Source: a virus
Length of the DNA: 64,000 bases
Virus record (IMG/VR): IMGVR_UViG_3300021197_001602
Coordinates: 1-64,000 of that record
Strand: one strand, 5' to 3'
Shown piece after piece: positions 28,548 through 39,300 of this stretch; the stretch's first letter is position 1, and the number at the start of each line of letters is the position of its first letter. Under the pieces are notes generated by a model, which worked only from the letters and a program-made list of their open reading frames with translations, did not search any database and was not told where the DNA came from. A program made the translations under genes and the position numbers.

Positions 28548-29475
28548 TGCTCTAAACTTGTTGTTTAGGAACTATATTGTAAACCCGAGCCTGTCCACCA
28601 ATGGTCAGCCAATCGGTGGACTAAAGGGTTTCCTACAGTCGCTACAGAAGCTGTGTAGGGAAACCAAGCCAGACCAAGTGGTTATCTGCTGGGACGGCGC
28701 TGGTGGCTCAAAGCGAAGAAAGTCGGTCGTGAAGAGCTACAAGGCTGGTCGCAAGCCGCTTCGACTGAATCGTGATATTAGAAACCTTTCAGAGGCAGAG
28801 GAAGTAGAAAATAAAATTTGGCAACAACAGAGAATCATCGAGTATCTAAATGAGATGCCAATCATCCAGTTGGTGCTAGACGGCGTTGAAGCTGATGATA
28901 TTATTTCTTTTATTGTTCAGGCACCTCACTATTCTGGTTGGCAGAAAGTTATTGTCTCCAGCGACAAAGACTTCTTTCAACTTTGCGACGACGAGACAGT
29001 CCTCTACCGACCAATTCAAAAAGAGATTTTAAATAAAAAAGCAATTGCCGAGCGAGATGGCATTCACCCTGTGAATTATGCACTTGCACGGGCAATAGCT
29101 GGCGATAAGAGTGACAACCTTCCTGGCGTCGGTCGGGTTGGCTTAAAGACCGTGGCAAATCGCTTGCCTTTCTTGTCTGAAGAAAAGTCCTATACGCTTG
29201 ATTATGTTCGGGAATACTGTGAGAATGTCGAGTCTACTGTGGCAGCTTACACAAGCATTTTGGAGAACTTCGAGCTTGTAAAATTAAATTATAAAATCAT
29301 GCAACTTTATAGTCCTTCAATCCCCGCTCAGGGCAAGAGAAAGATTAACACTGCTGTTGATAATTTCGAGAACGAGTTCAATAAGACCGAGATAAGGAAG
29401 ATGATGATAACGGATGGATTCGGTCATGGGAACTGGGATGAGTTATTTCAAACAATGCAGCGTTTTTGTGCTTGA
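28525..29475 (+). CDS. 5'-3' exonuclease / flap endonuclease (PolI N-terminal, T4 RNase H-like)
   Basis: LLVIDALN, WDG, YKAGR, EADDII, SSDKDFFQL, GDKSDNLPGV..VG.KT. Confidence 0.92.
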   Translation: MQRLLVIDALNLLFRNYIVNPSLSTNGQPIGGLKGFLQSLQKLCRETKPDQVVICWDGAGGSKRRKSVVKSYKAGRKPLRLNRDIRNLSEAEEVENKIWQQQRIIEYLNEMPIIQLVLDGVEADDIISFIVQAPHYSGWQKVIVSSDKDFFQLCDDETVLYRPIQKEILNKKAIAERDGIHPVNYALARAIAGDKSDNLPGVGRVGLKTVANRLPFLSEEKSYTLDYVREYCENVESTVAAYTSILENFELVKLNYKIMQLYSPSIPAQGKRKINTAVDNFENEFNKTEIRKMMITDGFGHGNWDELFQTMQRFCA

Positions 29476-29500
29476 CAAATGAATAAGATTGATATATACT
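29472..29500 (+). promoter_or_regulatory. Sigma70-like promoter TTGACA-N17-TATACT
   Basis: Near-perfect consensus. Confidence 0.75.
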
Positions 29501-29518
29501 GTATAAAAAGGAGTAGAA

Positions 29519-30907
29519 ATGGGTGCAGCAATGGCTGAAGAAAGAAGTGACTTTTCACATTATGGTCCGAGATTCCAAGAGGGTTTGGCACAATTAATTT
29601 TAGACGACAGAGTATTTGCCGACCAGATTAGCGAAGTTTTAGACTACGAGTTTTTAGAATCGAAATATCTAAAAGAGTTTGTATCTAAGGTTTTCCAATA
29701 CAGGGATAAATACGGGAAACACCCGTCGAGAGATACGATGGCAACCATCGTGCGCTCCGAGTTCGAAACTGCCAACGAGGTTACTCGAACTCAGATAAGA
29801 GATTATTTTGCTAGAGTATATGCAAGCTCAACAGATGTTGACGGCGCAGAGCACATTAAAGAGGTGTCGCTTGACTTCTGTAGAAAGCAGAAGCTTAAGA
29901 GCGCCATGCTGAAGTGTGTTGGTCTTATTAAGAATTCGAGCTTTGATGAAATTAGCAAGACCATCAATGACGCATTGAACCTCGGGTCCGACAACGATGC
30001 TGGGTATGATTATATTATTGACTTTGAGAAGAGATTCCAGATTAAGTCGAGGAATCCTGTTAGCACAGGGTGGCAACAAGTCGACTCGATTAGTCGAGGC
30101 GGGCTAGGCTCGGGAGAGCTTGGCGTTTGCATCGCTCCAACTGGAGCAGGAAAGTCTATGGCTCTCGTCCACTTGGGTGCGCAAGCCATTCAAGAGGGAA
30201 AGACTGTCGTCCATTATACTCTGGAGTTGGCTGACACGGTTGTTGCGACCAGATATGACAGTTGCATCACTGGCATCCCTCTTACAAATACATTTGCGAA
30301 TAAAGACAAGATTTACGATGCAATTAAAGAAGTTGAGGGTCATCTTATAGTAAAAGAATATCCTACAAAGTCAGCTACGACCAAGACCATTGAAAACCAC
30401 TTGGAGAAGCTGGTTCGCCGTGGACATGATATCGGAATGGTCATTGTAGACTATGCTGACCTACTCCGACCAGTGAGCGCACAACGAGAGAAGAGAAATG
30501 AGTTGGAGTCAATCTACGAAGAACTCAGGGGCATGTCTCAAATCTATGGCTGCCCAGTCTGGACGGCATCTCAAACCAACAGGAGTGGCTTGAACGCAGA
30601 GGTCATCACAATGGAAGCAATCTCTGAGGCTTACAATAAGTGCTTTGTTGCAGACTTTATCTTCTCCCTTTCCAGAACCATTGAAGATAAGGTCGCTAAC
30701 GAGGGTCGCATCTTTATTGCAAAGAATAGAAATGGTCCAGACGGCATCGTGTATCCTATTTTTATGGATACTGCAAATGTAAAAATTAAAGTTATGGGTG
30801 GCAATGGCACGACCCCAGGTCAGTTAGCATCCCAGACAACCAAGCAGCAAGCTCAGACGCTGAAAGATAAATATAAAAACTTTAGAACGACAGGTAAAGG
30901 AAAATAA
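29519..30907 (+). CDS. Replicative DnaB-like helicase (T4 gp41-like)
   Basis: APTGAGKS, YTLEL, IVDYADLL, WTASQTNRSG, KNRNGPDG. Confidence 0.92.
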   Translation: MGAAMAEERSDFSHYGPRFQEGLAQLILDDRVFADQISEVLDYEFLESKYLKEFVSKVFQYRDKYGKHPSRDTMATIVRSEFETANEVTRTQIRDYFARVYASSTDVDGAEHIKEVSLDFCRKQKLKSAMLKCVGLIKNSSFDEISKTINDALNLGSDNDAGYDYIIDFEKRFQIKSRNPVSTGWQQVDSISRGGLGSGELGVCIAPTGAGKSMALVHLGAQAIQEGKTVVHYTLELADTVVATRYDSCITGIPLTNTFANKDKIYDAIKEVEGHLIVKEYPTKSATTKTIENHLEKLVRRGHDIGMVIVDYADLLRPVSAQREKRNELESIYEELRGMSQIYGCPVWTASQTNRSGLNAEVITMEAISEAYNKCFVADFIFSLSRTIEDKVANEGRIFIAKNRNGPDGIVYPIFMDTANVKIKVMGGNGTTPGQLASQTTKQQAQTLKDKYKNFRTTGKGK

Positions 30908-30910
30908 ATA

Positions 30911-33343
30911 ATGTATACAGAGGAACAGGTTCGTGAAGCGACCTTAGACTACTTCAACGGCGACGAACTCGCCACAAATGTCTTTATGACCAAATACTGC
31001 CTTAAGGATACCAAGGGGCAGTTCGTCGAGAAGACTCCACTTGATATGCATAGGCGCATGGCGAGTGAGTTTGCACGAATGGAAGCCAAGCATGGTGGTC
31101 CTCGTGCCCTTACAGAAGAAAAGATTATGAGTTATTTCGATAACTTTAAATATATTGTTCCGCAGGGCTCACCAATGATGGGGATTGGAAATGACTATGT
31201 TAATGTGTCGCTGTCCAATTGTGTCGTTGTTGAATCTCCCGCAGACAATATCTCTTCTATCGTAAATGCTGGACGAGACTTGGGGAATCTATTCAAGCGC
31301 CGATGTGGCGTCGGGCTGGACCTCTCGGAACTGCGACCAGACGGAACCCCAGTTAACAATTCGGCTGGAACAACCACTGGAGCATGGTCGTTTGCAGACT
31401 TTTATTCATATGTCTGTAGGATGATTGGGCAAAACGGTCGCCGTGGAGCCCTCATGATTACCATGGATGTTCGACACCCCGATATCGAGAGCTTCGTTAC
31501 CATGAAGCACGACCTTACGAAGGTTACAGGTGCAAATGTGTCAGTAAAAATTACTGATGATTTTATGAGAGCAGTCGAGGCTGGTGAAAAATTTAATTTA
31601 CATTTCCCCATCGGCTCCGATGCACCGAAGTATACAAAAGAGGTGGAAGCGACGACACTCTGGGCAGCAATCGTAGATTCTGCAACAAAGACTGCCGAGC
31701 CAGGATTGTTGATGTGGGACAATATTGTTAAGAATCTTCCTGCCAATGAATATGCAGAAGATGGCTTTGCTACGATTTGCACAAACCCTTGTGCTGAGAT
31801 TCCACTATCTGCATACGACTCGTGCCGCTTGATTTCAATCAATCTTAAGAACTTTGTTGAGAAGCCCTTTCAGGATGATGCAGAATTTAATTATTCTAAG
31901 TTTACCGAGGTGGTATCGTCTGCAATGAGATTGTCAGACGACTTGGTTGACCTTGAGCTTGAAAAGTTGGCAAGGATTATTGAAGCATCCGACACGGTAG
32001 ACGAAAAAGAACTGTGGTCTAAGTTGTTTGCCGCTGCCCGAGATGGTCGCAGAACTGGTCTTGGTACTCACGGCTTGGCTGATGCCTTAGCTTGCTTGGG
32101 TATTGCATACGACTCCGAGCAATCCATCGCCGCAGTATCAAGTATCTATGGTTGCTTGAGAGATGTGGCATATCGAGAGAGCATGAGCCTTGCAACAGAA
32201 AGAGGTTCGTTCCCTGTCTTCTCGTGGAATAAAGAAAAGAATAATGAATTCATCCAGCGCCTGCCCGAGTCCTTGAAGGAAGATATTGCTGCCCATGGCA
32301 GGAGAAACATTTCAATCTTGACAAATGCGCCCACGGGCTCAGTGTCGATTCTTTCTCAAACTTCATCGGGATTGGAGCCAGTCTTTCGCAACTCTTATAT
32401 TAGACGGAGAAAGCTGGGACATGACGAGTTAGATGTTCAGGCGGACTTCGTAGATGACCTAGGCGACAGGTGGAAAGAATTTGAAGTCTTCCACCACAAT
32501 GTTCAGCAATGGAGAGGTCTCCAAAAGGTTGCCAATTCTGAATTACCAGCATTCTTTGTCGAGTCTGACCAGATTGACTGGGAGCGTCGAGTTGAAATTC
32601 AGCAAGCTATTCAGGATAATATTGACCATGCCATTTCTTCGACCATTAACTTGCCCGCTGGGACCGAACCGTCCGTGGTTGGCAACTTATATCTCGAAGG
32701 CTGGCGTCGTGGCTTGAAGGGAATCACTGTTTATGTGGATGGCTCCCGTTCTGGTGTACTGGTCACTGCTGACGAGGCAAAGCAGACTGGGGAGTCTTTC
32801 CCCCAGCACAGCGCCCCTAAGCGCCCTGAGCAGCTTGAGTGCGATATTCACCACACAACCATTAAGGGTGACAAATGGGTCGTCCTTGTTGGGCTCATGG
32901 ATGGCAAGCCTTATGAGGTCTTGGCTGGAGAAGCCAGCATGATTGAGATACCCAAGCGTTATGACAAGGGTCAACTCTCGAAGCAGACATTTAAGACAAG
33001 AAATAACAGATATGACTTGACATTTGGATACAATGGTGATAGTATTACTGTGAAAGATGTGGTGAAGGCATTTGATAACCCTTCTAACGCCGCTTTCACG
33101 AGAATGATTTCGCTAAGTTTGCGTCACGGAGCAGAGCCTAAGTTTATGGTTGAGCAGTTACAAAAGGACAAAGAGAGTGACATGTTTAGTTTCTCTCGCT
33201 GCGTGTCCCGTATTCTGAAGACTTATATTTGCGATGGCGAAACTCCCAGTGACAAGTCTTGTGAGGAGTGTGGAGCAGAGGCTCTCATTTATCAAGACGG
33301 CTGCGTGACCTGCACATCCTGTGGTTATGCGAAGTGCGGATAA
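30911..33343 (+). CDS. nrdJ: Class II (adenosylcobalamin-dependent) ribonucleotide reductase
   Basis: SNC, GRRGA.M, EPG, TNPCAE, RRTGLG, APTGS.S, KGITVY.DGSR and C-terminal Cys pairs; no beta subunit gene in this window. Confidence 0.88.
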   Translation: MYTEEQVREATLDYFNGDELATNVFMTKYCLKDTKGQFVEKTPLDMHRRMASEFARMEAKHGGPRALTEEKIMSYFDNFKYIVPQGSPMMGIGNDYVNVSLSNCVVVESPADNISSIVNAGRDLGNLFKRRCGVGLDLSELRPDGTPVNNSAGTTTGAWSFADFYSYVCRMIGQNGRRGALMITMDVRHPDIESFVTMKHDLTKVTGANVSVKITDDFMRAVEAGEKFNLHFPIGSDAPKYTKEVEATTLWAAIVDSATKTAEPGLLMWDNIVKNLPANEYAEDGFATICTNPCAEIPLSAYDSCRLISINLKNFVEKPFQDDAEFNYSKFTEVVSSAMRLSDDLVDLELEKLARIIEASDTVDEKELWSKLFAAARDGRRTGLGTHGLADALACLGIAYDSEQSIAAVSSIYGCLRDVAYRESMSLATERGSFPVFSWNKEKNNEFIQRLPESLKEDIAAHGRRNISILTNAPTGSVSILSQTSSGLEPVFRNSYIRRRKLGHDELDVQADFVDDLGDRWKEFEVFHHNVQQWRGLQKVANSELPAFFVESDQIDWERRVEIQQAIQDNIDHAISSTINLPAGTEPSVVGNLYLEGWRRGLKGITVYVDGSRSGVLVTADEAKQTGESFPQHSAPKRPEQLECDIHHTTIKGDKWVVLVGLMDGKPYEVLAGEASMIEIPKRYDKGQLSKQTFKTRNNRYDLTFGYNGDSITVKDVVKAFDNPSNAAFTRMISLSLRHGAEPKFMVEQLQKDKESDMFSFSRCVSRILKTYICDGETPSDKSCEECGAEALIYQDGCVTCTSCGYAKCG

Positions 33344-33359
33344 AAAAATAAAAAAGTAC

Positions 33360-33388
33360 TTGACAAACAGTTCTAAATGAGTTATATT
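33360..33388 (+). promoter_or_regulatory. Sigma70-like promoter TTGACA-N17-TATATT
   Basis: Intergenic, with an A-tract upstream. Confidence 0.7.
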
Positions 33389-33419
33389 AGTGTCACAACC
33401 AACAATGAAGGAGAAAACA

Positions 33420-33692
33420 ATGGTTGACAACAACAACGGTGCAGAAAACAATGGCGAGGACACTTTTGAAGAAAAGGTCGTCAATTATATCAAGTCGCTC
33501 GCTGCGATTGAAGAAGCCATGGAGCCCTTCAAAGAACAAAAGCGAGCACTCAAGGGCAACTATGTCGAAAACGGCTGGTTGACCAAGGAGGACATCAGCA
33601 TGGCTGTGAAGGCGTTTCGTCTTGTCAAGGACAATACGGACCCAGAACAACTGATGGACTATTACAATACTGTAAAAACTATCAAACCATAA
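33420..33692 (+). CDS. Small helical dsDNA-binding protein (T4 DsbA/GapR-like)
   Basis: V.NYIKSL..IEE.....KEQKRALK...L.KEDI..AVK helical pattern; AGGAG RBS. Confidence 0.45.
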   Translation: MVDNNNGAENNGEDTFEEKVVNYIKSLAAIEEAMEPFKEQKRALKGNYVENGWLTKEDISMAVKAFRLVKDNTDPEQLMDYYNTVKTIKP

Positions 33693-33702
33693 GAGGAGAA
33701 CC

Positions 33703-33972
33703 ATGAAGCCTTTAAACCGACATTTGAAGGTAACCGTGGCTACGGACGACACCCAGTCAGATAACGACTCGGGTGTCGTCTTGCCTAATGGTTACAAAAT
33801 TGACAATCCGTGGACAACTGCGACTGTTATTGAGGCTAGTGATGATTGTACTCACTCAGACCTGACGGGTGCAACGGTCATCTTTCAAACCAACATGCTC
33901 GTTGATGTAAACACTGAGGGCGCAACCCACAGTTTTGTTCAAGAAAACTATATTGTGTGTTATAGCAAGTAA
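33703..33972 (+). CDS. GroES-like co-chaperonin
   Basis: MKPLNRHL.V, SGVVLP mobile loop, ATVIE, V.E..I; 89 aa. Confidence 0.7.
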   Translation: MKPLNRHLKVTVATDDTQSDNDSGVVLPNGYKIDNPWTTATVIEASDDCTHSDLTGATVIFQTNMLVDVNTEGATHSFVQENYIVCYSK

Positions 33973-34001
33973 GACCAGTTGCTGCAAAGGGGAAACGAAT
34001 T

Positions 34002-34526
34002 GTGGATTTATCTAGCGTTATATGCGCCGTAATGATGGCAACAAACATGTGGAATGCCGAGACAGCTTGTAAACATATGGATACAGTGGTCGAGGCTTCA
34101 CAAGAATATAATGTTCCAGCAGAATTGATGAACGCTCTTATCTTAACTGAAAGTGCATGGTCCCCAGCAGCGGTTAGCCACGCTGGAGCCTGTGGTCTAA
34201 CTCAGGTCATGCCGAAATACACTGGTGGCGGAGCAACTGGTGGCGTGAAATACACCTGCAAACAATTGACTTCGAATCCAGAGCTTTCGATACGCCTCGG
34301 TACTAGAGTCTATCGATATTGGCTAACCAAGTATGCAAAGTGCCGAACCAAAGAGTGCAGCAAATCCCAGCATCGAATCGCACTCTGCGGGTACAATGCT
34401 GGGTATCGCTGCAAAGGGGAGAGCCCCAACAAGCATGGTATGAGTTACGCCAAGAAGGTGCTTGAAAGGGCAGCGAGGCTTTCACGGCTCATCCGTCGCC
34501 ACAAAGCCACACATAAGGTAGACTAA
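34002..34526 (+). CDS. Lytic transglycosylase (SLT domain)
   Basis: ALILTES, AVSHAGACGLTQVMP, YNAG. Confidence 0.9.
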   Translation: MDLSSVICAVMMATNMWNAETACKHMDTVVEASQEYNVPAELMNALILTESAWSPAAVSHAGACGLTQVMPKYTGGGATGGVKYTCKQLTSNPELSIRLGTRVYRYWLTKYAKCRTKECSKSQHRIALCGYNAGYRCKGESPNKHGMSYAKKVLERAARLSRLIRRHKATHKVD

Positions 34527-35290
34527 TGCAAAGGGTGGTTCTGGGGGCAGATATTAACGCACTAAGATATGCCTTCGAGCATGGCTTGCCACTGCTTTAT
34601 GTTGACCCCAAGAAGCCCCACCACCTTTCTGAAGACCTGTGCGAGTGGCACCACTTATACTGGTGCCTTTCGCTTGCGGGAAAGATTATTTTCGCCAACA
34701 TGGTCACTTCAATCACTGCCAATCCAGATTCTGGTTCATTAAAAGTTATTTATAATAATAGAACAAGAACTTTCGAGGGCATCGATAAATTTTATATTTT
34801 TGATGAGTCCAAGATTGCTGGCTTGCCCGCCTCAATAAGAATGTCCACAGGTGTCGTTGAAGTCCTTGACTGGATTAATGTAAGGAGCGGCATGAAGCAC
34901 GAGCACGATAAGATAGAGAACTCTTCCCAGTTTATGAAGACTATATTGTTTTACCCGACTCTCAGAATTGATGGAAACCACGACCTAAAAGATATTTGTG
35001 TAAAGAGTTACTTGACCGACACAGAGGTTAATCAATTTGAGCACTCTGAACTTGTTGTTAAGATAAAAACACAAGAAGCGATGAAGGCAGTCGGTATCAG
35101 GGGCGCAGGAAATGGCGTGGGAAAGTTTCTCTCCATAAAGCTTGAATCAGACAGGCGAGAAATTAATCCACTGGGACACCCAGTCTACAGCGACCTTCCA
35201 GAGAATTTAATCTTTAGACCTAGCGCACAGTCCTCGAAGTCTTCAGATGATTATTTAAATATTTTAATGCGTGAGGTTAACTTTGATTGA
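34526..35290 (+). CDS. Hypothetical protein with a degenerate Rossmann-like N-terminus
   Basis: MQRVVLGADINAL start; translationally coupled. Confidence 0.6.
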   Translation: MQRVVLGADINALRYAFEHGLPLLYVDPKKPHHLSEDLCEWHHLYWCLSLAGKIIFANMVTSITANPDSGSLKVIYNNRTRTFEGIDKFYIFDESKIAGLPASIRMSTGVVEVLDWINVRSGMKHEHDKIENSSQFMKTILFYPTLRIDGNHDLKDICVKSYLTDTEVNQFEHSELVVKIKTQEAMKAVGIRGAGNGVGKFLSIKLESDRREINPLGHPVYSDLPENLIFRPSAQSSKSSDDYLNILMREVNFD

Positions 35291-36155
35291 ATCAGGTATT
35301 CAAAAGACTCAGGCGTTTCATCTAGCGGGAGTGGTGCCAGTCGCCTCCCAGCCGCTGGACTTTAGCTTCCCTTGGCACGACAGTTTGATGCCAATTGGTA
35401 AGAACTATCTAGCGGTGGAAAGGGCAGTCCTAGAGTGTGCCTGGGCTGGCTGTGAGACCATTTGGGTCGTATGCCACAGGGAAATGCAGCCGATAATCAA
35501 AGAACGCCTTGGCGAATGGATTCAAGACCCGAACTGGTTATTGCAAAAAGAATTGTATCCAAGCAATGTTCAGCGCCGACTCCCAATTTATTATGTACCC
35601 ATTCACCCGAAGGACAGGGACAGAAGAGACTGTCTAGGGTGGTCAGCATTGTATGGAGCACTGAGCGCTTATCATATATCTAGGAAGATTTCTAAGTGGG
35701 TCATTCCAGATAAATATTATTGTGCATTCCCCTATGGAGTTTACGACCCATCTCAGATTCGAAAGCAAAGAAAAAATATTTCCAGCAGTAGAAGTTTCTT
35801 CTTGACAAGCGAGGGGAAATCTGTTAAAAATGGAGAGTATTTGGGATTTACTTTTGATGGAGAAGATTTTAAAACTTGCAGAAGGGAGTTGCGCAAAGAA
35901 GGGACTCCAGGCTCTGATGAGAAAACGGGCAGAATGTTGCCACCAGAAAAAAGATGGTCAGCGAGGTTCTTTTCCCTTGACAAAGTTTTTAAACATGTTA
36001 TAATGAATAAAGAAAGTGGTCACGAGATAGGTGGCTACCACAAGATTGACTCTTGGGCGAACTACACAAGATTCATATCTTCAGGAGAAACTTATGAAAA
36101 GCCAGAATTTTTTAAACCAAGGAAATGGAATAGAGTGGGAGACGCAAGTGAGTAA
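35271..36155 (+). CDS. Nucleotidyltransferase (GT-A)-like protein
   Basis: LAGVVPVA...SLMPIG...AVERAV.ECAWAGCETIWVV resembles the N-terminus of sugar-nucleotidyltransferases; start uncertain. Confidence 0.5.
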   Translation: MRLTLIESGIQKTQAFHLAGVVPVASQPLDFSFPWHDSLMPIGKNYLAVERAVLECAWAGCETIWVVCHREMQPIIKERLGEWIQDPNWLLQKELYPSNVQRRLPIYYVPIHPKDRDRRDCLGWSALYGALSAYHISRKISKWVIPDKYYCAFPYGVYDPSQIRKQRKNISSSRSFFLTSEGKSVKNGEYLGFTFDGEDFKTCRRELRKEGTPGSDEKTGRMLPPEKRWSARFFSLDKVFKHVIMNKESGHEIGGYHKIDSWANYTRFISSGETYEKPEFFKPRKWNRVGDASE

Positions 36156-36384
36156 TAGACGGAGAAGCAGGTCAGTTGAGCAGATTTATGATGATATTTG
36201 TTATATCAAAAAAGAACACGCTGGCTTACCAAATAGATATTATATGTTGACATCAGAGCAGGAACTTTTTTTAGAATTATTTGCAGAATCGCTTGACAAA
36301 CCCCCCCGTGATGATGTATTATATGCTCGTGACGCTGTGGTTGAGGCATTAGAATCACTTGAAACTTTACTAAAAGAGGTATAA
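36148..36384 (+). CDS. Hypothetical protein
   Basis: GTG start overlapping the upstream stop, GGGAG RBS. Confidence 0.45.
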   Translation: MSNRRRSRSVEQIYDDICYIKKEHAGLPNRYYMLTSEQELFLELFAESLDKPPRDDVLYARDAVVEALESLETLLKEV

Positions 36385-36386
36385 GC

Positions 36387-39300
36387 TTGGAAAATAGAAA
36401 CTCATCATCCATCCCCTTCGTTGGTCTTCACGCCCATTCCGTTGCGGGCTCACCGTTCGATGCCCTCGGATATCCCCAAGAACATATGGAGTATGCTTAT
36501 AACAACGGCATGAGCGCACTGGCACTGACTGACCATGGGAACTGTAATGGTTTGGCTTATCAAGTGCTTCACGCAAAGAAGATGAAAGATGCGGGTCGAG
36601 ACTTCAAGCCAATCTTTGGCGTCGAAGCTTACTTTCATCCTTCCATCGACGGCTGGAAAGAAGACTACGAAGAAGCCAAGAAGGTAAAGAAGAATCGCTC
36701 CGCCCTTAAAGACGGCGGAACAGGCGGTGCTGTAGTTGAAGACGAGCAGCGAAACTTCAAGGGGCTTGTGAATCGCCGCAACCACCTTATCCTTCTAGCT
36801 CAGAATCAAACGGGTCTGAACAATATCTTTAAGATGGTCTCGGATTCATTCTCGGGCGACAACTACTATCGTTTCCCTCGTGTTGACTATGAGTTGCTTG
36901 CAAAGCATTCTGAAGGCGTTATAGCGGCTTCTGCCTGTCTCGGTGGAGTCTATGCTGGCTGTATGTGGCGAAACGCCGTCACAGACGAAGAAGGCAACCG
37001 CACAGGGTTTGACGAAGAGGCTGTGCTTGCTGACATGCGAGAGACTACTCGGGAGATGCAAAAGATTTTCGGCAACCGCTGGTATGGTGAGCTTCAGTGG
37101 AACAACATTCCAGAACAACACATCTTAAATAATTATATTATTCAGATGTCCAAAGAGTTTGACATGAAGTTAATCTCCACCGCTGACAGTCACTATCCAA
37201 ACCCAGACGCATGGAAGGACCGCATTCTTTACAAGAAGCTGGGCTGGCTAGGTCGAAAGGATGAGGTACCATCCGAGCTTCCCGCTGGACTAGACGAGGT
37301 AGGCTATGAGCTTTACCCAAAGAATGGCGAGCAGATGTGGGAAAGCTACAAGCAGTATTCTGAGGAAGCGGGAATCCAGTACGACGACGATATCGTCATG
37401 GACTCAATCACTCGCACCGCAACTATTGCATCGGAGTCCATTGAGGATTTCATGCCAGATACCAAGGTCCGCCTTCCAGACTTTGTGGTGCCAGAGGGTA
37501 TGACAGCAACCCAAGCTCTGGTTGCATTGTCGATTGAGGGGTTGAAGGCTAAAGGCTTTGGTGACAATCAAGAATATATTGCTCGCCTCAAGACTGAGCT
37601 TGAAGTTATTGACTCTCGTGGCTTTTCAAAGTATTTCCTGACTATGCGAGCCGTCGCAGATAAGGCTGTGGAGAAGCAGCTTGTAGGACCAGGAAGAGGC
37701 TCTGCCGCTGGCTCACTGGTCTCTTATGTATTGGACATTACTCAGGTCGACCCAATCAAATATGGTCTGCTGTTTAGCCGATTCATGCGCTCAGATGCTA
37801 CGGACTATCCTGATATTGACTACGATGTAGCAGAGCCGATGGAACTTAAAGAGGAGTTGGCTAAGGAGTGGGGCGAGAACACTGTTGTTCCGATTTCAAA
37901 CTGGAATACTCTTCAGCTTCGTTCCCTGATTAAGGACATTTCAAAGTTCTATCAGATTCCGTTTGTCGAGGTAAACGCCGTTACTGGCAGGATGTTGCAC
38001 GAGGCTACCCCGAAGGCAAAGCGTAAGCATGGTATTACTGCTGGCGTATACGCTCCGACCTTCGAAGAAGTAATGGAGTTCTCAGAATCCCTTCAGTCTT
38101 TCTTGCGCAAGTATCCACATGTCAAGACGCATGTAGAGGCTCTCTATGGTCAGGTCCGCTCTTGTTCACGCCACGCTGGTGGTGTCGTCATCGCTGAAGA
38201 CCTAGACAAGTATATGCCCCTCATCACCAGTGGTGGGGTCAAGCAAGCTCCGTGGTCAGAAGGGCAGAATGTTCGGCATCTTGAGCCAATGGGGTTCATC
38301 AAGTTTGATATTCTTGGTCTGGCATCACTACGGATGATGGACAATTGTATTAGGAATGTTCTTCGCCGTCACTTCGACAATGCCAAGCCATCGTTCGACG
38401 ATGTTAGAGACTTTTATAATAAAAACCTGCACCCTGATGTCGTGGACTTCGACAACCAAGATGTATACGAAAATGTTTTTCATAAGGGTCGCTGGGCTGG
38501 CATCTTTCAGTTTACTGAGGCGGGCGCTCAAAACTTCTGTGTGAACGCTAAGCCTAGAAGCATCATTGATATTTCAGCGATTACTTCTATCTTCCGCCCT
38601 GGTCCACTATCTGCCAAGGTCGACAGGAACTATGTTGAAGCCAAGGAGAACCCAGCCGCTGTTAAGTACCTGAACGATACTGCAAAGGAGTTGACAGAGG
38701 AGACTTACGGGTTCCTTATTTTCCAAGAGCAGATTGCGCTGCTTGCTCACAAGCTCGGTGACTTAACACTCGATGAGGGCAACCTCCTGAGAAAGGTCTT
38801 AACCAAGAAGGGCACAGGTAAAGGCGGCATCAAGGACCAGCTAAGAGAAAAGTTTATCACAGGGTGCTCAGAGAAAAGCATTACAGTTCGAGATGCAGAA
38901 AAGCTCTGGGACAAGTTTGAGTTCTTCTCTGGTTATGGCTTCAACAAGTCTCACGCCGTGTCCTATTCGATGCTGTCTTTTCAGTGTGCATGGTTGTTTC
39001 ACTACTATCCAGTAGAGTGGATTGCTGCATTCTTGGACAAGGAGCCTGAATCACGCAAGGAACGAGCCATCAATGCTGCTAAGAAGCTTGGGTTTGAAAT
39101 CGAAAAGATTGATATTAATCTATCGGACAGAGACTGGACTATCGATGGCAATAAGTTGATTCAGCCGTTCTCCTCAATCAAGGGTCTAGGAGATGCAGCT
39201 ATCGACCAGATTTTGAATAACAGACCGTTCAATACGATTGAGGACTTCTTATTCAACGAGAATGTTGTGTACTCAAAACTTAACAAGAAAGCTCTCGATG

